Positions 10,037 through 19,324 of a DNA stretch of 64,000 bases are shown in pieces. Origin of the DNA: Candidatus Limnocylindrales bacterium. GTDB taxonomy: Bacteria > Chloroflexota > Limnocylindria > Limnocylindrales > CSP1-4. Position 1 is the first letter of the stretch. Every line of letters begins with the position of its first letter. A program made the translations under genes and the position numbers. Location: positions 51,399 to 115,398 of the forward strand of contig JBBSFD010000001.1 of assembly GCA_038239115.1 (NCBI GenBank), in the 5' to 3' direction. The notes under the pieces were generated by a model. That model was not told the origin of the DNA and did no database searches. It saw only the letters and a program-made list of their open reading frames with translations.

Positions 10037-10803
10037 CAGAAGTAATTCACGCTGATTCCGCCATCGACGACCATCTGGGCGCCATTCGTCCAGCGCGCTT
10101 CGTCCGAGGCCAGGTACATCGCCATGTACACGATCTCCTCGGGCTTGCCGAACCGGCCGGTGGGATTGCGCGCGAGGCGGAGCTGCTTGGCCGCCTCATC
10201 CTTGACCAACCAGTCCATGAGGAGCGGAGTCTCGACCGGACCCGGGCAGATCGCGTTGGTCCGGATCCCCTTCGGCCCGAACTGGACCGCCAGGCTCCGG
10301 GTCAGGGCTAGCAGGGCGCCCTTCGAGGCCGTGTAGGCGTCCTGGGGAACCGTGCAGCCGAGCAAGGCCACGAAGCTGGCGATGTTGATGATCGAGCCGG
10401 AGCCGCCCTCGATCATCGCCGGGATGGCGTACTTGCAACCCAGGAACACGCCTCGGACGTTCACAGCCATGACCTTGTCCCACGTGTCGACATCGGTGTC
10501 GATGACCGAATGGTCCGCCTCGGGCATGATTCCAGCGTTGTTGTAGAGCACGTCGAGCCGGCCGTAGGTGGCCACGGCGTGGTCGACCATCGCCTTGGCA
10601 TCGGCCTCCCGACTCACGTCGGCCTTGACGAAGCTGGCCTGGCCACCGGCCTGGCGGACGAGCTCGACGGTCTCGTTCCCGGCGGCTTCGCTGAACTCGG
10701 CAACGACGATCCGGGCGCCCTCGGCGGAGAAGAGCTGGGCCGCGACCCGGCCCATGCCGCCGCCACCGCCGGTGATGATCGCCACCTTGTTGTCGAGTCG
10801 CAC
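10036..10803 (-). CDS. SDR family oxidoreductase
   Basis: TGGGGGMG Rossmann motif, NNAG, and the S...Y..SK catalytic triad (YTASKGAL). Confidence 0.85.
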   Translation of the reverse strand: MRLDNKVAIITGGGGGMGRVAAQLFSAEGARIVVAEFSEAAGNETVELVRQAGGQASFVKADVSREADAKAMVDHAVATYGRLDVLYNNAGIMPEADHSVIDTDVDTWDKVMAVNVRGVFLGCKYAIPAMIEGGSGSIINIASFVALLGCTVPQDAYTASKGALLALTRSLAVQFGPKGIRTNAICPGPVETPLLMDWLVKDEAAKQLRLARNPTGRFGKPEEIVYMAMYLASDEARWTNGAQMVVDGGISVNYF

Positions 10804-10833
10804 AGATCTGACCTCCTGGTTGACGGGGCTGGC

Positions 10834-12231
10834 TCAGCTGCGCTCGAGGTAGCGCTCGCGGTCCCAGTTGTGGACGACCGAATCGTAGACCTGCTGCTCG
10901 TAGCGAGCCGCGTTGAGGTAGTGGTCGATGATGTCCTGGCCGAAGATCTCGACGGCCGGCTGGCTCTTCTCCAGCTCCCAGATCGCCTCGTATAGGGCGC
11001 GCGGCATGCGGTCGCAGCCGGTGGCAATGTAGCCGTTGCCCTTGAACTCGGGCTCGAGCGCCAGCTCGTGCTCGATTCCGTAGAGGCCCGCCCCGATCGC
11101 CGCGGCGTAGGTCAGGTAGGCGTTCATGTCGCCGCCGGGAAAGCGATTCTCGACGTGCAGGTTGTTGCCGTGGCCGACGACCCGGAAGCCGGTCGTCCGG
11201 TTGTCCCGGCCCCAGACCACGTTGACCGGCGCCCAGGACAGCGAGGCATAGCGCTTGTACGAGTTGATGTTGGGGGCAATGAAGATGGCCAATTCGCGCG
11301 ACAGCTTCATCATCCCGGCCACGAAGTGGCTGAACGTCCGGGACATGCCGTAGGCCAGCCCGGCGGCCGGATCGTGGGTGACCGAATGCTCGCCGGCCTT
11401 GTCCCACAGGCTCATGTGGAGGTGGCCCGACGAGCCCGTCCAGCTCGCATCGGGCTTGGCCATGAAGGTGATCCCCCAGCCGTTGAGGTAGGCGATCTCC
11501 TTGGCGCCATGCTTGAAGATCACGCTCCGGTCGGCCGATTCGAGGACATGGTCGTAGCGGATGTTGACCTCGTGCTGGCCCGGCGCGGCCTCGCCCTTAC
11601 TGAACTCGATCGGGATCTGGGCGGCGGTCATTTGGTTGCGCAGGAGGCGATGGAGCGGCTCGGCCTTGGTCGCCTGGAGCAGGTGGTAGTCCTCGTTGTA
11701 GTAGCCGAAGCGCTCCGGGATGGCCCACCCCCGCCGGTTCGACTCCTCCCACGACTCCTTGAGGACGTAGTACTCGAACTCCGAGCCGGCCTTGACCGAG
11801 AAGCCGAGGGCCGCCGCCCGGGCCACCTGGCGCTTCAGGATGGTCCGCGGACTGACCGGGATCTCGTCGCCGCTCTCCTCGTCGGTCGCGTCGCTCAGGA
11901 CCAGGGCCGTCTTCTCGAGCCAGGGCAGCACCCGCAGGGTGTCCCAGACGGGCCGGGCGATCCAGTCGCCGTACCCGGTCTCCCAGTTCATCAGGGCGAA
12001 TCCGTCGGGCGTGGCCATCTCCATGTCCGTGCCCAGCAGATAGGTGCAGAAATGGGCGCCGTGGTCGATCACGCCGGCCAGGAAGGCCTCGGCCTGGACT
12101 CGCTTGCCCATCAGCCGGCCCTGCATGTCAGTGATCGCCACGACCAGCGTGTCGATCCGGCCGTCGCGGACCATCGCCTCGAGCTGGAGCAGGCGGGCGT
12201 GCTTGGCGTGGCCGTGGTCTTCTTTGCTCAT
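10834..12231 (-). CDS. glutamine synthetase family protein (GlnA-like, PuuA/GlnA3/GlnA4-type gamma-glutamyl-amine synthetase)
   Basis: GS catalytic-domain motifs (EFEYYVL, HLHMSLWD, NINSYKRY, NRTTGFRVVGHG, ENRFPGGDMNAY); start at MSKEDH (ATG at 12231) with a GAGGGA RBS. Confidence 0.85.
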   Translation of the reverse strand: MSKEDHGHAKHARLLQLEAMVRDGRIDTLVVAITDMQGRLMGKRVQAEAFLAGVIDHGAHFCTYLLGTDMEMATPDGFALMNWETGYGDWIARPVWDTLRVLPWLEKTALVLSDATDEESGDEIPVSPRTILKRQVARAAALGFSVKAGSEFEYYVLKESWEESNRRGWAIPERFGYYNEDYHLLQATKAEPLHRLLRNQMTAAQIPIEFSKGEAAPGQHEVNIRYDHVLESADRSVIFKHGAKEIAYLNGWGITFMAKPDASWTGSSGHLHMSLWDKAGEHSVTHDPAAGLAYGMSRTFSHFVAGMMKLSRELAIFIAPNINSYKRYASLSWAPVNVVWGRDNRTTGFRVVGHGNNLHVENRFPGGDMNAYLTYAAAIGAGLYGIEHELALEPEFKGNGYIATGCDRMPRALYEAIWELEKSQPAVEIFGQDIIDHYLNAARYEQQVYDSVVHNWDRERYLERS

Positions 12232-12327
12232 CCCAGGTTCCCTCACGCTGACGAGGACTGCTGACGGGTCGAGACCGGTGCGCGGAGGCAGAACGCCGCC
12301 TTCATGAGCCGTTCGTGAGATTCCGTA

Positions 12328-12362
12328 TTGACAGGAACCCGCTGGACCGGCCTAATCCGCCC
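12328..12362 (+). promoter_or_regulatory. candidate sigma-70-type promoter for the permease gene (TTGACA, 17 nt spacer, CCTAAT)
   Basis: Exact TTGACA at 12328-12333 in the divergent GlnA-like/permease intergenic region; AGGAGG RBS at 12386-12391, 8 nt before the ATG at 12400. Confidence 0.3.
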
Positions 12363-12399
12363 ATCTCAAATCGTACGCTGCCCCAGGAGGCTTCGAGGG

Positions 12400-14028
12400 A
12401 TGGCTGACAGACCCGGCGGAACCAGATCGGCCGACGAGGAAAAACTGCACAGCCTGGGCTATGCCCAGGAGCTCCGGCGGGGAATGAGGACATTCTCCAA
12501 CTTCGCGGTCTCGTTCACGATCATCTCGATCCTGTCAGGCTGCCTGACGCTGTTCGCCTTCGCCCTGAACACGGGCGGTCCGGCGGTCATGACCCTGGGC
12601 TGGTTGTTCGTCGGCTTCTTCGTCCTGATGGTCGCCCTGGGCATGGCCGAGGTCGCCTCGAGCTACCCCACGGCGGGCGGCCTCTATTACTGGTCGGCCA
12701 AGCTGGCCGACGAGGCCGGTGGCAATGGCGCGGCCTGGAGCTGGTTCGTGGGCTGGTTCAACCTCGTTGGCCAGATCGCGGTCACGGCCGGCATCGACTT
12801 CGGCCTGGCCTTCTTCATCAACACGTTCCTGACGATCCAGTTCGGCTTCCCGTCGGATCCGCCCCACACGATCCTGATCTTCGCAGTCGTCCTGTTCGTG
12901 CACGGCCTGCTCAATACGTTCGGGATCCGGATCGTGGCAATCCTCAACAACGTGTCGGTCTGGTGGCACCTCGTGGGCGTGGGCGCGATCGTGCTCGTCT
13001 GCACGGTCTTCAACCAGCACACCCGGACCGATCTCGGGACGGTATTCAGTACCGGCGTCAACAACACCAGTGCCGATCCGAATCAATCGTTTCCGGGCTT
13101 CCTGATCTTCGGGATTCCGCTATACGTCGCCCTGATCGGCCTGCTCAACGCGCAATACACGCTGACCGGCTTCGACGCCTCGGCCCACATGTCCGAGGAG
13201 ACCCACGATGCCCAGCGCTCCGCGCCGAAGGGGATCGTCTACTCGGTGATCATCTCGATCATCGCCGGCTTCGTGCTGCTCGTGGCGATGAACGTCGGGA
13301 TCACCCCTGACACCGTGTTCAAGGACGCGACCGGGGCGGCCATCGGTGGCTACCAGCACGTCCTCAACGCGGCCGCCGCCTACGGCATCGCCGGGCCCCC
13401 GACGCAGGTCTGGATCGATGCGATCGGCCAGACGGGCGGCCTAATCATCCTGCTGGTGGTTATTGGCGCTCAGTTCTACTGCGGCATGTCCTCAGTTACG
13501 GCGAACTCGCGGATGATCTACGCCTTCTCGCGTGACGGCGCGATCCCCGCCAGCAGCTTCTGGCACCGGATCAACAAGCGCACCCGGACTCCCACCAACT
13601 CGATCTGGCTGGCCGCCGTCGGGGCGTTCATCCTGGGCCTGCCCTATCTCTACAGCCCGGTGGCCTATGCGGCGGTCACCTCGATCGCGGTCATCGGCTT
13701 GTACGTGGCCTACGTGGCCCCGGTCTTCCTGCGTCTGCGCGCCGGCAGCAACTTCAAGGCCGGACCGTGGACGCTCGGTCGGTGGAGCAAGCCGATCGGG
13801 ATCATCGCCACGATCTGGGTCGTGTTCATCTTCATCCTGTTCATGCTGCCGCAGGCCTTGCCGATCAACATCAACACGTTCAACTACACCCCGCTCGTCT
13901 TCCTCATCGTCCTCGGCGGCGCCGGGATCTGGTACGCCGTCTCGGCCAAGAACTGGTTCAAGGGCCCCAAGGTCCAGGGGACGCCCGAAGAGCTGGCGGC
14001 CATCGAGCGCGAGCTCGAAGTCATCTGA
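12400..14028 (+). CDS. APC-superfamily amino acid/amine permease
   Basis: About 12 TM helices; APC-type segments (GGLYYWSAKLA, FDASAHMSEET); strong AGGAGG RBS. Confidence 0.85.
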   Translation: MADRPGGTRSADEEKLHSLGYAQELRRGMRTFSNFAVSFTIISILSGCLTLFAFALNTGGPAVMTLGWLFVGFFVLMVALGMAEVASSYPTAGGLYYWSAKLADEAGGNGAAWSWFVGWFNLVGQIAVTAGIDFGLAFFINTFLTIQFGFPSDPPHTILIFAVVLFVHGLLNTFGIRIVAILNNVSVWWHLVGVGAIVLVCTVFNQHTRTDLGTVFSTGVNNTSADPNQSFPGFLIFGIPLYVALIGLLNAQYTLTGFDASAHMSEETHDAQRSAPKGIVYSVIISIIAGFVLLVAMNVGITPDTVFKDATGAAIGGYQHVLNAAAAYGIAGPPTQVWIDAIGQTGGLIILLVVIGAQFYCGMSSVTANSRMIYAFSRDGAIPASSFWHRINKRTRTPTNSIWLAAVGAFILGLPYLYSPVAYAAVTSIAVIGLYVAYVAPVFLRLRAGSNFKAGPWTLGRWSKPIGIIATIWVVFIFILFMLPQALPININTFNYTPLVFLIVLGGAGIWYAVSAKNWFKGPKVQGTPEELAAIERELEVI

Positions 14029-14107
14029 GTCTCGCCGGCCGGGCCGTTCGCCGGCCTGCCTGGAGCGATCATCGAGCCCGGTGGCCTTGCGCCGCCGGGC
14101 TCGACAC

Positions 14108-14890
14108 CTAGTAGATCAGGGTCGCGCCGCTGGGAAACGCGAAGTGGAACGTGGCCGGAGTCAGCTGGGCATTGGGCGCCAGGCTGGTCACCCGGGCATC
14201 CCGGGTCACGCCGCCGGCGATCGTCTCGACCAGCCGGACGATCAGCCCCGTCTCTCGATCGAACGAGACCTGGAGCTGGTGGTCGGGTCGGTCGGCCGCG
14301 ATGCCGATCGAGCGGGGATGGTCGGAGGTGACCACCAGCGCCTCCCGTCCGGCGACCTCGATCGTGCCCGAGACCCACGCCTGGCCGGTGGCCAGGACGT
14401 TCTGGCAGAGCCCGGCCGGATGGATGAAGGCGTCGGGCAGCGACTCGGCCGGCAGGGCGGTAAGCGGCCGGTAGACGGTCGAGCCGCCCGGCAGGTCAGG
14501 ATCGTCCAGGCCGACGACCCGGCGGCGGACGGGTCGCTGCGTCCCCTTGCGATGCTGGGCCGACCAGGTGCGGACGGTCTGGCCGTCCGAGATCCACAGG
14601 TCGTAATTGCCGGCCGTGCCCAGCTTCGGGTCGGTGGTCACGACCTTGGCCTCGCCTGGGTGCCGGAGGGTGGCCTCGATGACCTCCTCGTGGTCGCCTC
14701 GGGTGCCCGCGACGTGGTCCTCGATTCGCATCCGGAGCGTTTCGAAGCGGAGCTCGGCATCGCGGGCGAAGGTGAACAGCTCGTCCAGGCTGGGCACGCC
14801 CTCGGGCAGGGCGACCAGCTCGGCCCGGCGCCGGCCGCCGGCCGTCAGCGCGCTGGTCACGGAGGCGGCGGTCCAGGCAGGGCTCGGCAT
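14108..14890 (-). CDS. hypothetical protein, possibly LolA-like/DUF fold
   Basis: Coding-like codon bias; no clear signal peptide; weak resemblance to LolA/LppX-like beta-rich proteins. Confidence 0.4.
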   Translation of the reverse strand: MPSPAWTAASVTSALTAGGRRRAELVALPEGVPSLDELFTFARDAELRFETLRMRIEDHVAGTRGDHEEVIEATLRHPGEAKVVTTDPKLGTAGNYDLWISDGQTVRTWSAQHRKGTQRPVRRRVVGLDDPDLPGGSTVYRPLTALPAESLPDAFIHPAGLCQNVLATGQAWVSGTIEVAGREALVVTSDHPRSIGIAADRPDHQLQVSFDRETGLIVRLVETIAGGVTRDARVTSLAPNAQLTPATFHFAFPSGATLIY

Positions 14891-14908
14891 GGCCGGTATC
14901 GTAGCGCC

Positions 14909-16348
14909 TCAGCCGGCTCCAAAGCCGCGAGCGCCACCGCCCGTGCCGCCGCCGACGCCCGGCCGGGTCATCCGCTCGGGGTCCAGCAGGACGTCCAGCT
15001 CGGCGGCCGGAATGCCGCCCTCCAGGGCCAGCTCCCGGATTGTCCGGCCGCTGGCCAGGGCATCCTTGGCCAGCCTGGCCGCGGCGTCGTAGCCGATGAC
15101 CGGGGCCAGCGCGGTGGCCAGCATGAGGCCCTGCTCCACCAGCTGGGGGCCGCGATCGGTGGCGCGCAGGCCTTCGACGGCTCGTTCCGCGAGGTTGAGC
15201 GCGGCGGCCCCGAGCAGCTCGATCGATTCGAGCAGGGCTGCCGCCGTGACCGGGATCATCACGTTCAGCTCGAGCAGGCTGCCGGTCTGGCCAAAGCCGA
15301 TCGTGGCGTCGTTGCCCACGACCCGGGCGACGACCATGGTCAGGCTCTCGACGATGACCGGGTTTACCTTGCCCGGCATGATGCTCGAGCCCGGCTGGGT
15401 CTCGGGCAGGGCCAGCTCGGCCAGGCCGGCCCGCGGGCCCATGCCCATCAGCCGGATGTCCGAGCCGATCTTCCACAGGCTCAGGGCGATCGCCCGGATC
15501 GCACCATGGGCGGCGATGACCGTGTCGAGGGTTGCCTGAGCGTGGAAGTGGCTGTCCGTCTCGCGCACGGGCAGGCCGGTCAAGCGGGCCAGTCGGGCGC
15601 AGGTCTGCTGGCTGGCACCCTCGGGTGCGTTGATCCCGGTGCCCACCGCGGTCCCCCCGAGGGGCACGCTGAGGAGCTCGTCGAGGGCCGCCCGGGCACG
15701 CCGGATCGAGGCCTCCACCTGGCCGGCATAGCCGGCGAACTCCTGGCCGAGCCGGATCGGGGTGGCATCCTGGAGGTGCGTCCGGCCGGTCTTGACGATT
15801 GGGTCGAACTCGATCGCCTTGGCCGCCAGGCTGGCCTGGAGCCGGACGAGGCCGGGCAGCAGGCGCCGATCGATGGCGATCGCAGCGGCCAGCTGCATCG
15901 CGGTCGGGATGACGTCGTTGGACGACTGGCCGGCGTTGACCTCGTCGTTGGGATGGACGGGCCGGCCGAGACGAGCCGCTGCGAGGTGGGCGATGACCTC
16001 GTTCGCGTTCGTGTTGGTCGAGGTGCCCGAGCCGGTCTGGTAGATGTCGATCGGGAAGTCGAGGTCGTGCCGGCCCTCGGCGACCTCGGTCGCCGCCGCC
16101 TCGATGGCCAGCGCGGCCGACGGCTCGAGCAGGCCCAGCTCGGCATTGGTGGCGGCGGCCGCGCCCTTGATCAGGGCCAGGGCGTGGATGAAGCCGGCGG
16201 GCATGGGCTGGCCCGAGATCGGGAAGTTGATCACGGCGCGCTGGGTCGATGCGCCGTACAGGGCGGCGGTCGGCACGGCCATCTCGCCCATTGAGTCCCG
16301 TTCCAGCCGGGTAGCGGGCGGATCGCCGGCTCGGTCCTCGTCGGTCAT
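14909..16348 (-). CDS. aspartate ammonia-lyase / class II fumarate hydratase family (aspartase-like)
   Basis: GSSIMPGKVNPV signature followed by IVESLTM (aspartase-like rather than the TQCEA of FumC); TGSGTSTNTNANEVIA region. Confidence 0.85.
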   Translation of the reverse strand: MTDEDRAGDPPATRLERDSMGEMAVPTAALYGASTQRAVINFPISGQPMPAGFIHALALIKGAAAATNAELGLLEPSAALAIEAAATEVAEGRHDLDFPIDIYQTGSGTSTNTNANEVIAHLAAARLGRPVHPNDEVNAGQSSNDVIPTAMQLAAAIAIDRRLLPGLVRLQASLAAKAIEFDPIVKTGRTHLQDATPIRLGQEFAGYAGQVEASIRRARAALDELLSVPLGGTAVGTGINAPEGASQQTCARLARLTGLPVRETDSHFHAQATLDTVIAAHGAIRAIALSLWKIGSDIRLMGMGPRAGLAELALPETQPGSSIMPGKVNPVIVESLTMVVARVVGNDATIGFGQTGSLLELNVMIPVTAAALLESIELLGAAALNLAERAVEGLRATDRGPQLVEQGLMLATALAPVIGYDAAARLAKDALASGRTIRELALEGGIPAAELDVLLDPERMTRPGVGGGTGGGARGFGAG

Positions 16349-16487
16349 GGCCCGATGGTAGCGACTCCCGTTCGGACCGGTTTCGCGTGGTGCCCGGCGG
16401 GGCTCCCTCGGGCGACTCCCGTAGACTCAGCCCGATGAGCATCCAAGGTCAGCAGCAAGTCCGGCAGGAAGGCTAGGGGCGCGCTGC

Positions 16488-17342
16488 GTGGCCCGCGACT
16501 CGATCGTAGCCGGCGGTCTCGAGATCGGCTTCGACGTCCACGGCGCCGGGCCGCCCCTCGTCATGCTCCACGGCGCGACGTCGACCGGTCGCGAGGACTT
16601 CGCCGCCCAGGTGCCCTCGTTCTCGAAGGCATTCCGGTTGTACCTGCCGGACGCCCGGGGCCACGGCTCGACGCGCTACGACGTGATGGCCGGCTTCGAC
16701 TACGGGATGCTGGTCGACGACGCGTTGGCCTTCGTCGATGCGCTGGGCCTGGACACGTTTCACCTGCTCGGCTTCTCGATGGGGGCGATGACCGCCCTCC
16801 AGTTCGCGGTGCGCCATCCAGCGCGGCTGCGGACCCTCGTGATCGTCGGGATCACCACCCAGCGCGAGCCCCGGGCAAGCGTCGTCCGGCGGCTGATGGA
16901 TCCCGACCGGGTTGATCGGCAGGACCCGGCCTGGGGCGCTCTCCTCGGCCGGCGCCACGATCCGGTCCAGGGCGCGGGTGCCTGGCGACGGCTCCTGCCC
17001 GCGATCGCCGCCGACGTGATGGCCCAGGAGCTCCTCGGGCCACGTGACCTGCGCCGGATCAGCGTGCCCGCCCTGGTCGCGGTGGGCGACCACGACCCAT
17101 TCGTGCCGGTTGACCATGCGTGGGGCTTGATGCGGCAGCTGCCCGACGCCCGCCTGTTCGTCGCCCCCGGCTGCGGCCATGAGGTGATGGTTCGCCGGCC
17201 CGGCCTGTTCAACGAAGCCTGTGCCGGGTTCTATCGTTCGACCGAGAAGATCGCTCAGACCATCGCCGGGCACAAGGCCCCGGAGCGTGCTGCCAATCAA
17301 CCCGGTGGCTCAGGTGCCACCTTCGAGGGAGACCCCCAATGA
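16488..17342 (+). CDS. alpha/beta hydrolase
   Basis: GTG start; HG oxyanion motif (VMLHGATS), nucleophile elbow GFSMGA, C-terminal GHEV catalytic His. Confidence 0.75.
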   Translation: MARDSIVAGGLEIGFDVHGAGPPLVMLHGATSTGREDFAAQVPSFSKAFRLYLPDARGHGSTRYDVMAGFDYGMLVDDALAFVDALGLDTFHLLGFSMGAMTALQFAVRHPARLRTLVIVGITTQREPRASVVRRLMDPDRVDRQDPAWGALLGRRHDPVQGAGAWRRLLPAIAADVMAQELLGPRDLRRISVPALVAVGDHDPFVPVDHAWGLMRQLPDARLFVAPGCGHEVMVRRPGLFNEACAGFYRSTEKIAQTIAGHKAPERAANQPGGSGATFEGDPQ

Positions 17343-17680
17343 CGACCCTGCTGGTCCAGTTCCGGCAACCCGACGGCGGCCCCGCGGCGACCGAAGCCTT
17401 CGAGCGAGCCTACGCTGACACGCACCTGCCCCTGGCGGTCGAGACGCCCGGCCTGCGCGCGGTACGGGTCAACCGGGTGAGCCAGGCCCTGGGCGGCGAG
17501 ACCGACCTGATCGTGGTCACCGAGATGGACTTCGACGACCGGGCCGCTCTCGACGCCGGCCTGGCGTCCGATGCGATGCGCGCGGCGGGTCGCAACCTGC
17601 GGGCGATCGCGCCCGGCCTGGCCACGCTGCTCGTGCTGGAGGCTGCGCCCGACCTCGTTCCGGAGGCATGGCGGGGGTAG
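17339..17680 (+). CDS. EthD-family / Dabb-like small protein
   Basis: 113 aa; EthD-like pattern (FERAYADTHLPLAVETPGLRAVRVNRV); ATGA overlap with the hydrolase gene. Confidence 0.5.
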   Translation: MTTLLVQFRQPDGGPAATEAFERAYADTHLPLAVETPGLRAVRVNRVSQALGGETDLIVVTEMDFDDRAALDAGLASDAMRAAGRNLRAIAPGLATLLVLEAAPDLVPEAWRG

Positions 17681-18504
17681 ATACTGGGCAGGTGTCGTCC
17701 GACCCGCTGGTCCGCGTCGCGTTCCCCGGTCCGGCTCCGTTCGGGACGGGCCAGCCACCCGCCGGGGTGGCCCTGGTCACGATCGATCGACCGGGCGCCC
17801 TCAACGCCCTGTCGTTCGGGCTGCTGGCGGAGCTGGTCGAGGCGCTCGAGCGACTCGACGCTGCGCGGACCTGCCGGGTGATCGTCCTGACTGGAGCGGG
17901 CTCGCGGGCGTTCGCGGCCGGCGCCGACATCAAGGAGTTGCTCGGCCAGACCCCGGCGTCGCTGGCGGGCGGCGGCGCGTTTCGGCCGTGGGACCGGTTG
18001 CGCGCGATCGGCCTGCCGATCATCGCCGCGGTCCGTGGCTACGCCCTGGGTGGCGGCTGCGAGCTGGCCCTGGCCTGTGACCTGATCGTGGCCGGCGAAG
18101 ATGCCCAGTTCGGCCAGCCGGAGATCCTGATCGGGGTCATGCCCGGTGCCGGGGGGACCCAGCGCCTGACCCGGGCCATCGGCAAGGCCCGGGCGATGGA
18201 CCTGATCCTGACCGGTCGATCGCTGCCCGCCCGCGAGGCCGAGGCGGCCGGCCTGGTCAGCCTGGTCGTGCCCGCCGAAGAGACCCTCGACCGCGCCCTC
18301 GAGCTGGCCGGCCGGATCGCGACGATGCCCCCGCTCGCGGTGCGGGCGGCCAAGGCGATGGTCAACCGGGCCTTTGAAACGAGCCTGACCGAGGGACTGG
18401 CCGATGAGCGCCAGGCGTTCTTCGAGCTGTTCGCAACCGAGGATCAGACCGAAGGCATGACCGCCTTCGCCGAAAAGCGCGCGCCGAGCTGGCAGGGACG
18501 CTGA
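17668..18504 (+). CDS. enoyl-CoA hydratase/isomerase (crotonase)
   Basis: VIVLTGAGSRAFAAGADIKE and GYALGGGCELALACD crotonase motifs. Confidence 0.85.
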   Translation: MAGVDTGQVSSDPLVRVAFPGPAPFGTGQPPAGVALVTIDRPGALNALSFGLLAELVEALERLDAARTCRVIVLTGAGSRAFAAGADIKELLGQTPASLAGGGAFRPWDRLRAIGLPIIAAVRGYALGGGCELALACDLIVAGEDAQFGQPEILIGVMPGAGGTQRLTRAIGKARAMDLILTGRSLPAREAEAAGLVSLVVPAEETLDRALELAGRIATMPPLAVRAAKAMVNRAFETSLTEGLADERQAFFELFATEDQTEGMTAFAEKRAPSWQGR

Positions 18505-18515
18505 GGGAGACGAAC

Positions 18516-19319
18516 GTGATCGACGAGACCGGTCAGGCCCTGGACGAGGGCGGCAGCGACTACGGCAGCGACCTGAGCCGGGACATGAGCGACGGCCCGC
18601 CGTCCTCGTTCCGGGACAGCGCTCCCGACCTCCTCGCGCCGATCGATGCCGACGCGCCGGTCAGCGGCCACGTCCCGCCGCCGGCCGATGCGCCGTCGCC
18701 GTCGCTGGCGCCCGAGCACGATTGGGACGCGGCTCGGGGCCTGGTCGTGCCTCTCCTGCGGCCGGTCGGCACGGTCGGGCTGCGCCTGGCCGACGTCAAC
18801 CGGAGCGCCCTGGCCCTGAACACGTCCAGCCACACCCTGCCCTTGTTGGCCGAGGGCCCGTGTGAGCTGCCCGTGGTCTATGCCATCCCGGCAGCCGGCT
18901 TCGATGTGGTGGTCAACGGGGAGCACCTCGTCTCGTGGGGCGTGGAACCGGCCGAGGTCGATGCCGCGGCGATGGCCAACCTGGCGGCCTGGTCGGCCGG
19001 CGCGGAGTGGACCGGCGAGGAGTCCGGCGGCCGCCGGCTCCTCTCGTCGGACACCGGTGAGGGTCCCGATGCGACCCGGATCCTGCTGCCCGAGGTGCGC
19101 GCCCACCTGGCCGCGACGCTGGGCGCCGTGGGCGGGCCGATCTACGTCGGGCTGCCCGACCGGCACCTGCTGGTGGCCGGCGCATCGACACCTGACGACG
19201 CCGAGTTCGAGGCCCAGCTGGCCGGCTTCGTGGCCGACCATGCCGACGGCGCCGATGAGCCGATCGATCGGCGCCTGTTCGTGCTGGTCGACGGCGAGCT
19301 CCGCCCGGCCGGCGCCTGA
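18516..19319 (+). CDS. hypothetical acidic protein
   Basis: 267-aa ORF with high GC3; Asp/Glu-rich; no recognisable family; sits between two crotonase genes. Confidence 0.45.
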   Translation: MIDETGQALDEGGSDYGSDLSRDMSDGPPSSFRDSAPDLLAPIDADAPVSGHVPPPADAPSPSLAPEHDWDAARGLVVPLLRPVGTVGLRLADVNRSALALNTSSHTLPLLAEGPCELPVVYAIPAAGFDVVVNGEHLVSWGVEPAEVDAAAMANLAAWSAGAEWTGEESGGRRLLSSDTGEGPDATRILLPEVRAHLAATLGAVGGPIYVGLPDRHLLVAGASTPDDAEFEAQLAGFVADHADGADEPIDRRLFVLVDGELRPAGA

Positions 19320-19324
19320 CGCCG

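Noticed and set aside
13532-16442. Very long ORFs 13532..16294 (plus, 920 aa) and 14496..16442 (minus, 648 aa)
   Set aside because: They overlap the well-supported permease, hypothetical and aspartase genes on other frames or strands. Their composition is Arg/Gly/Pro-dominated and typical of GC-rich shadow ORFs.
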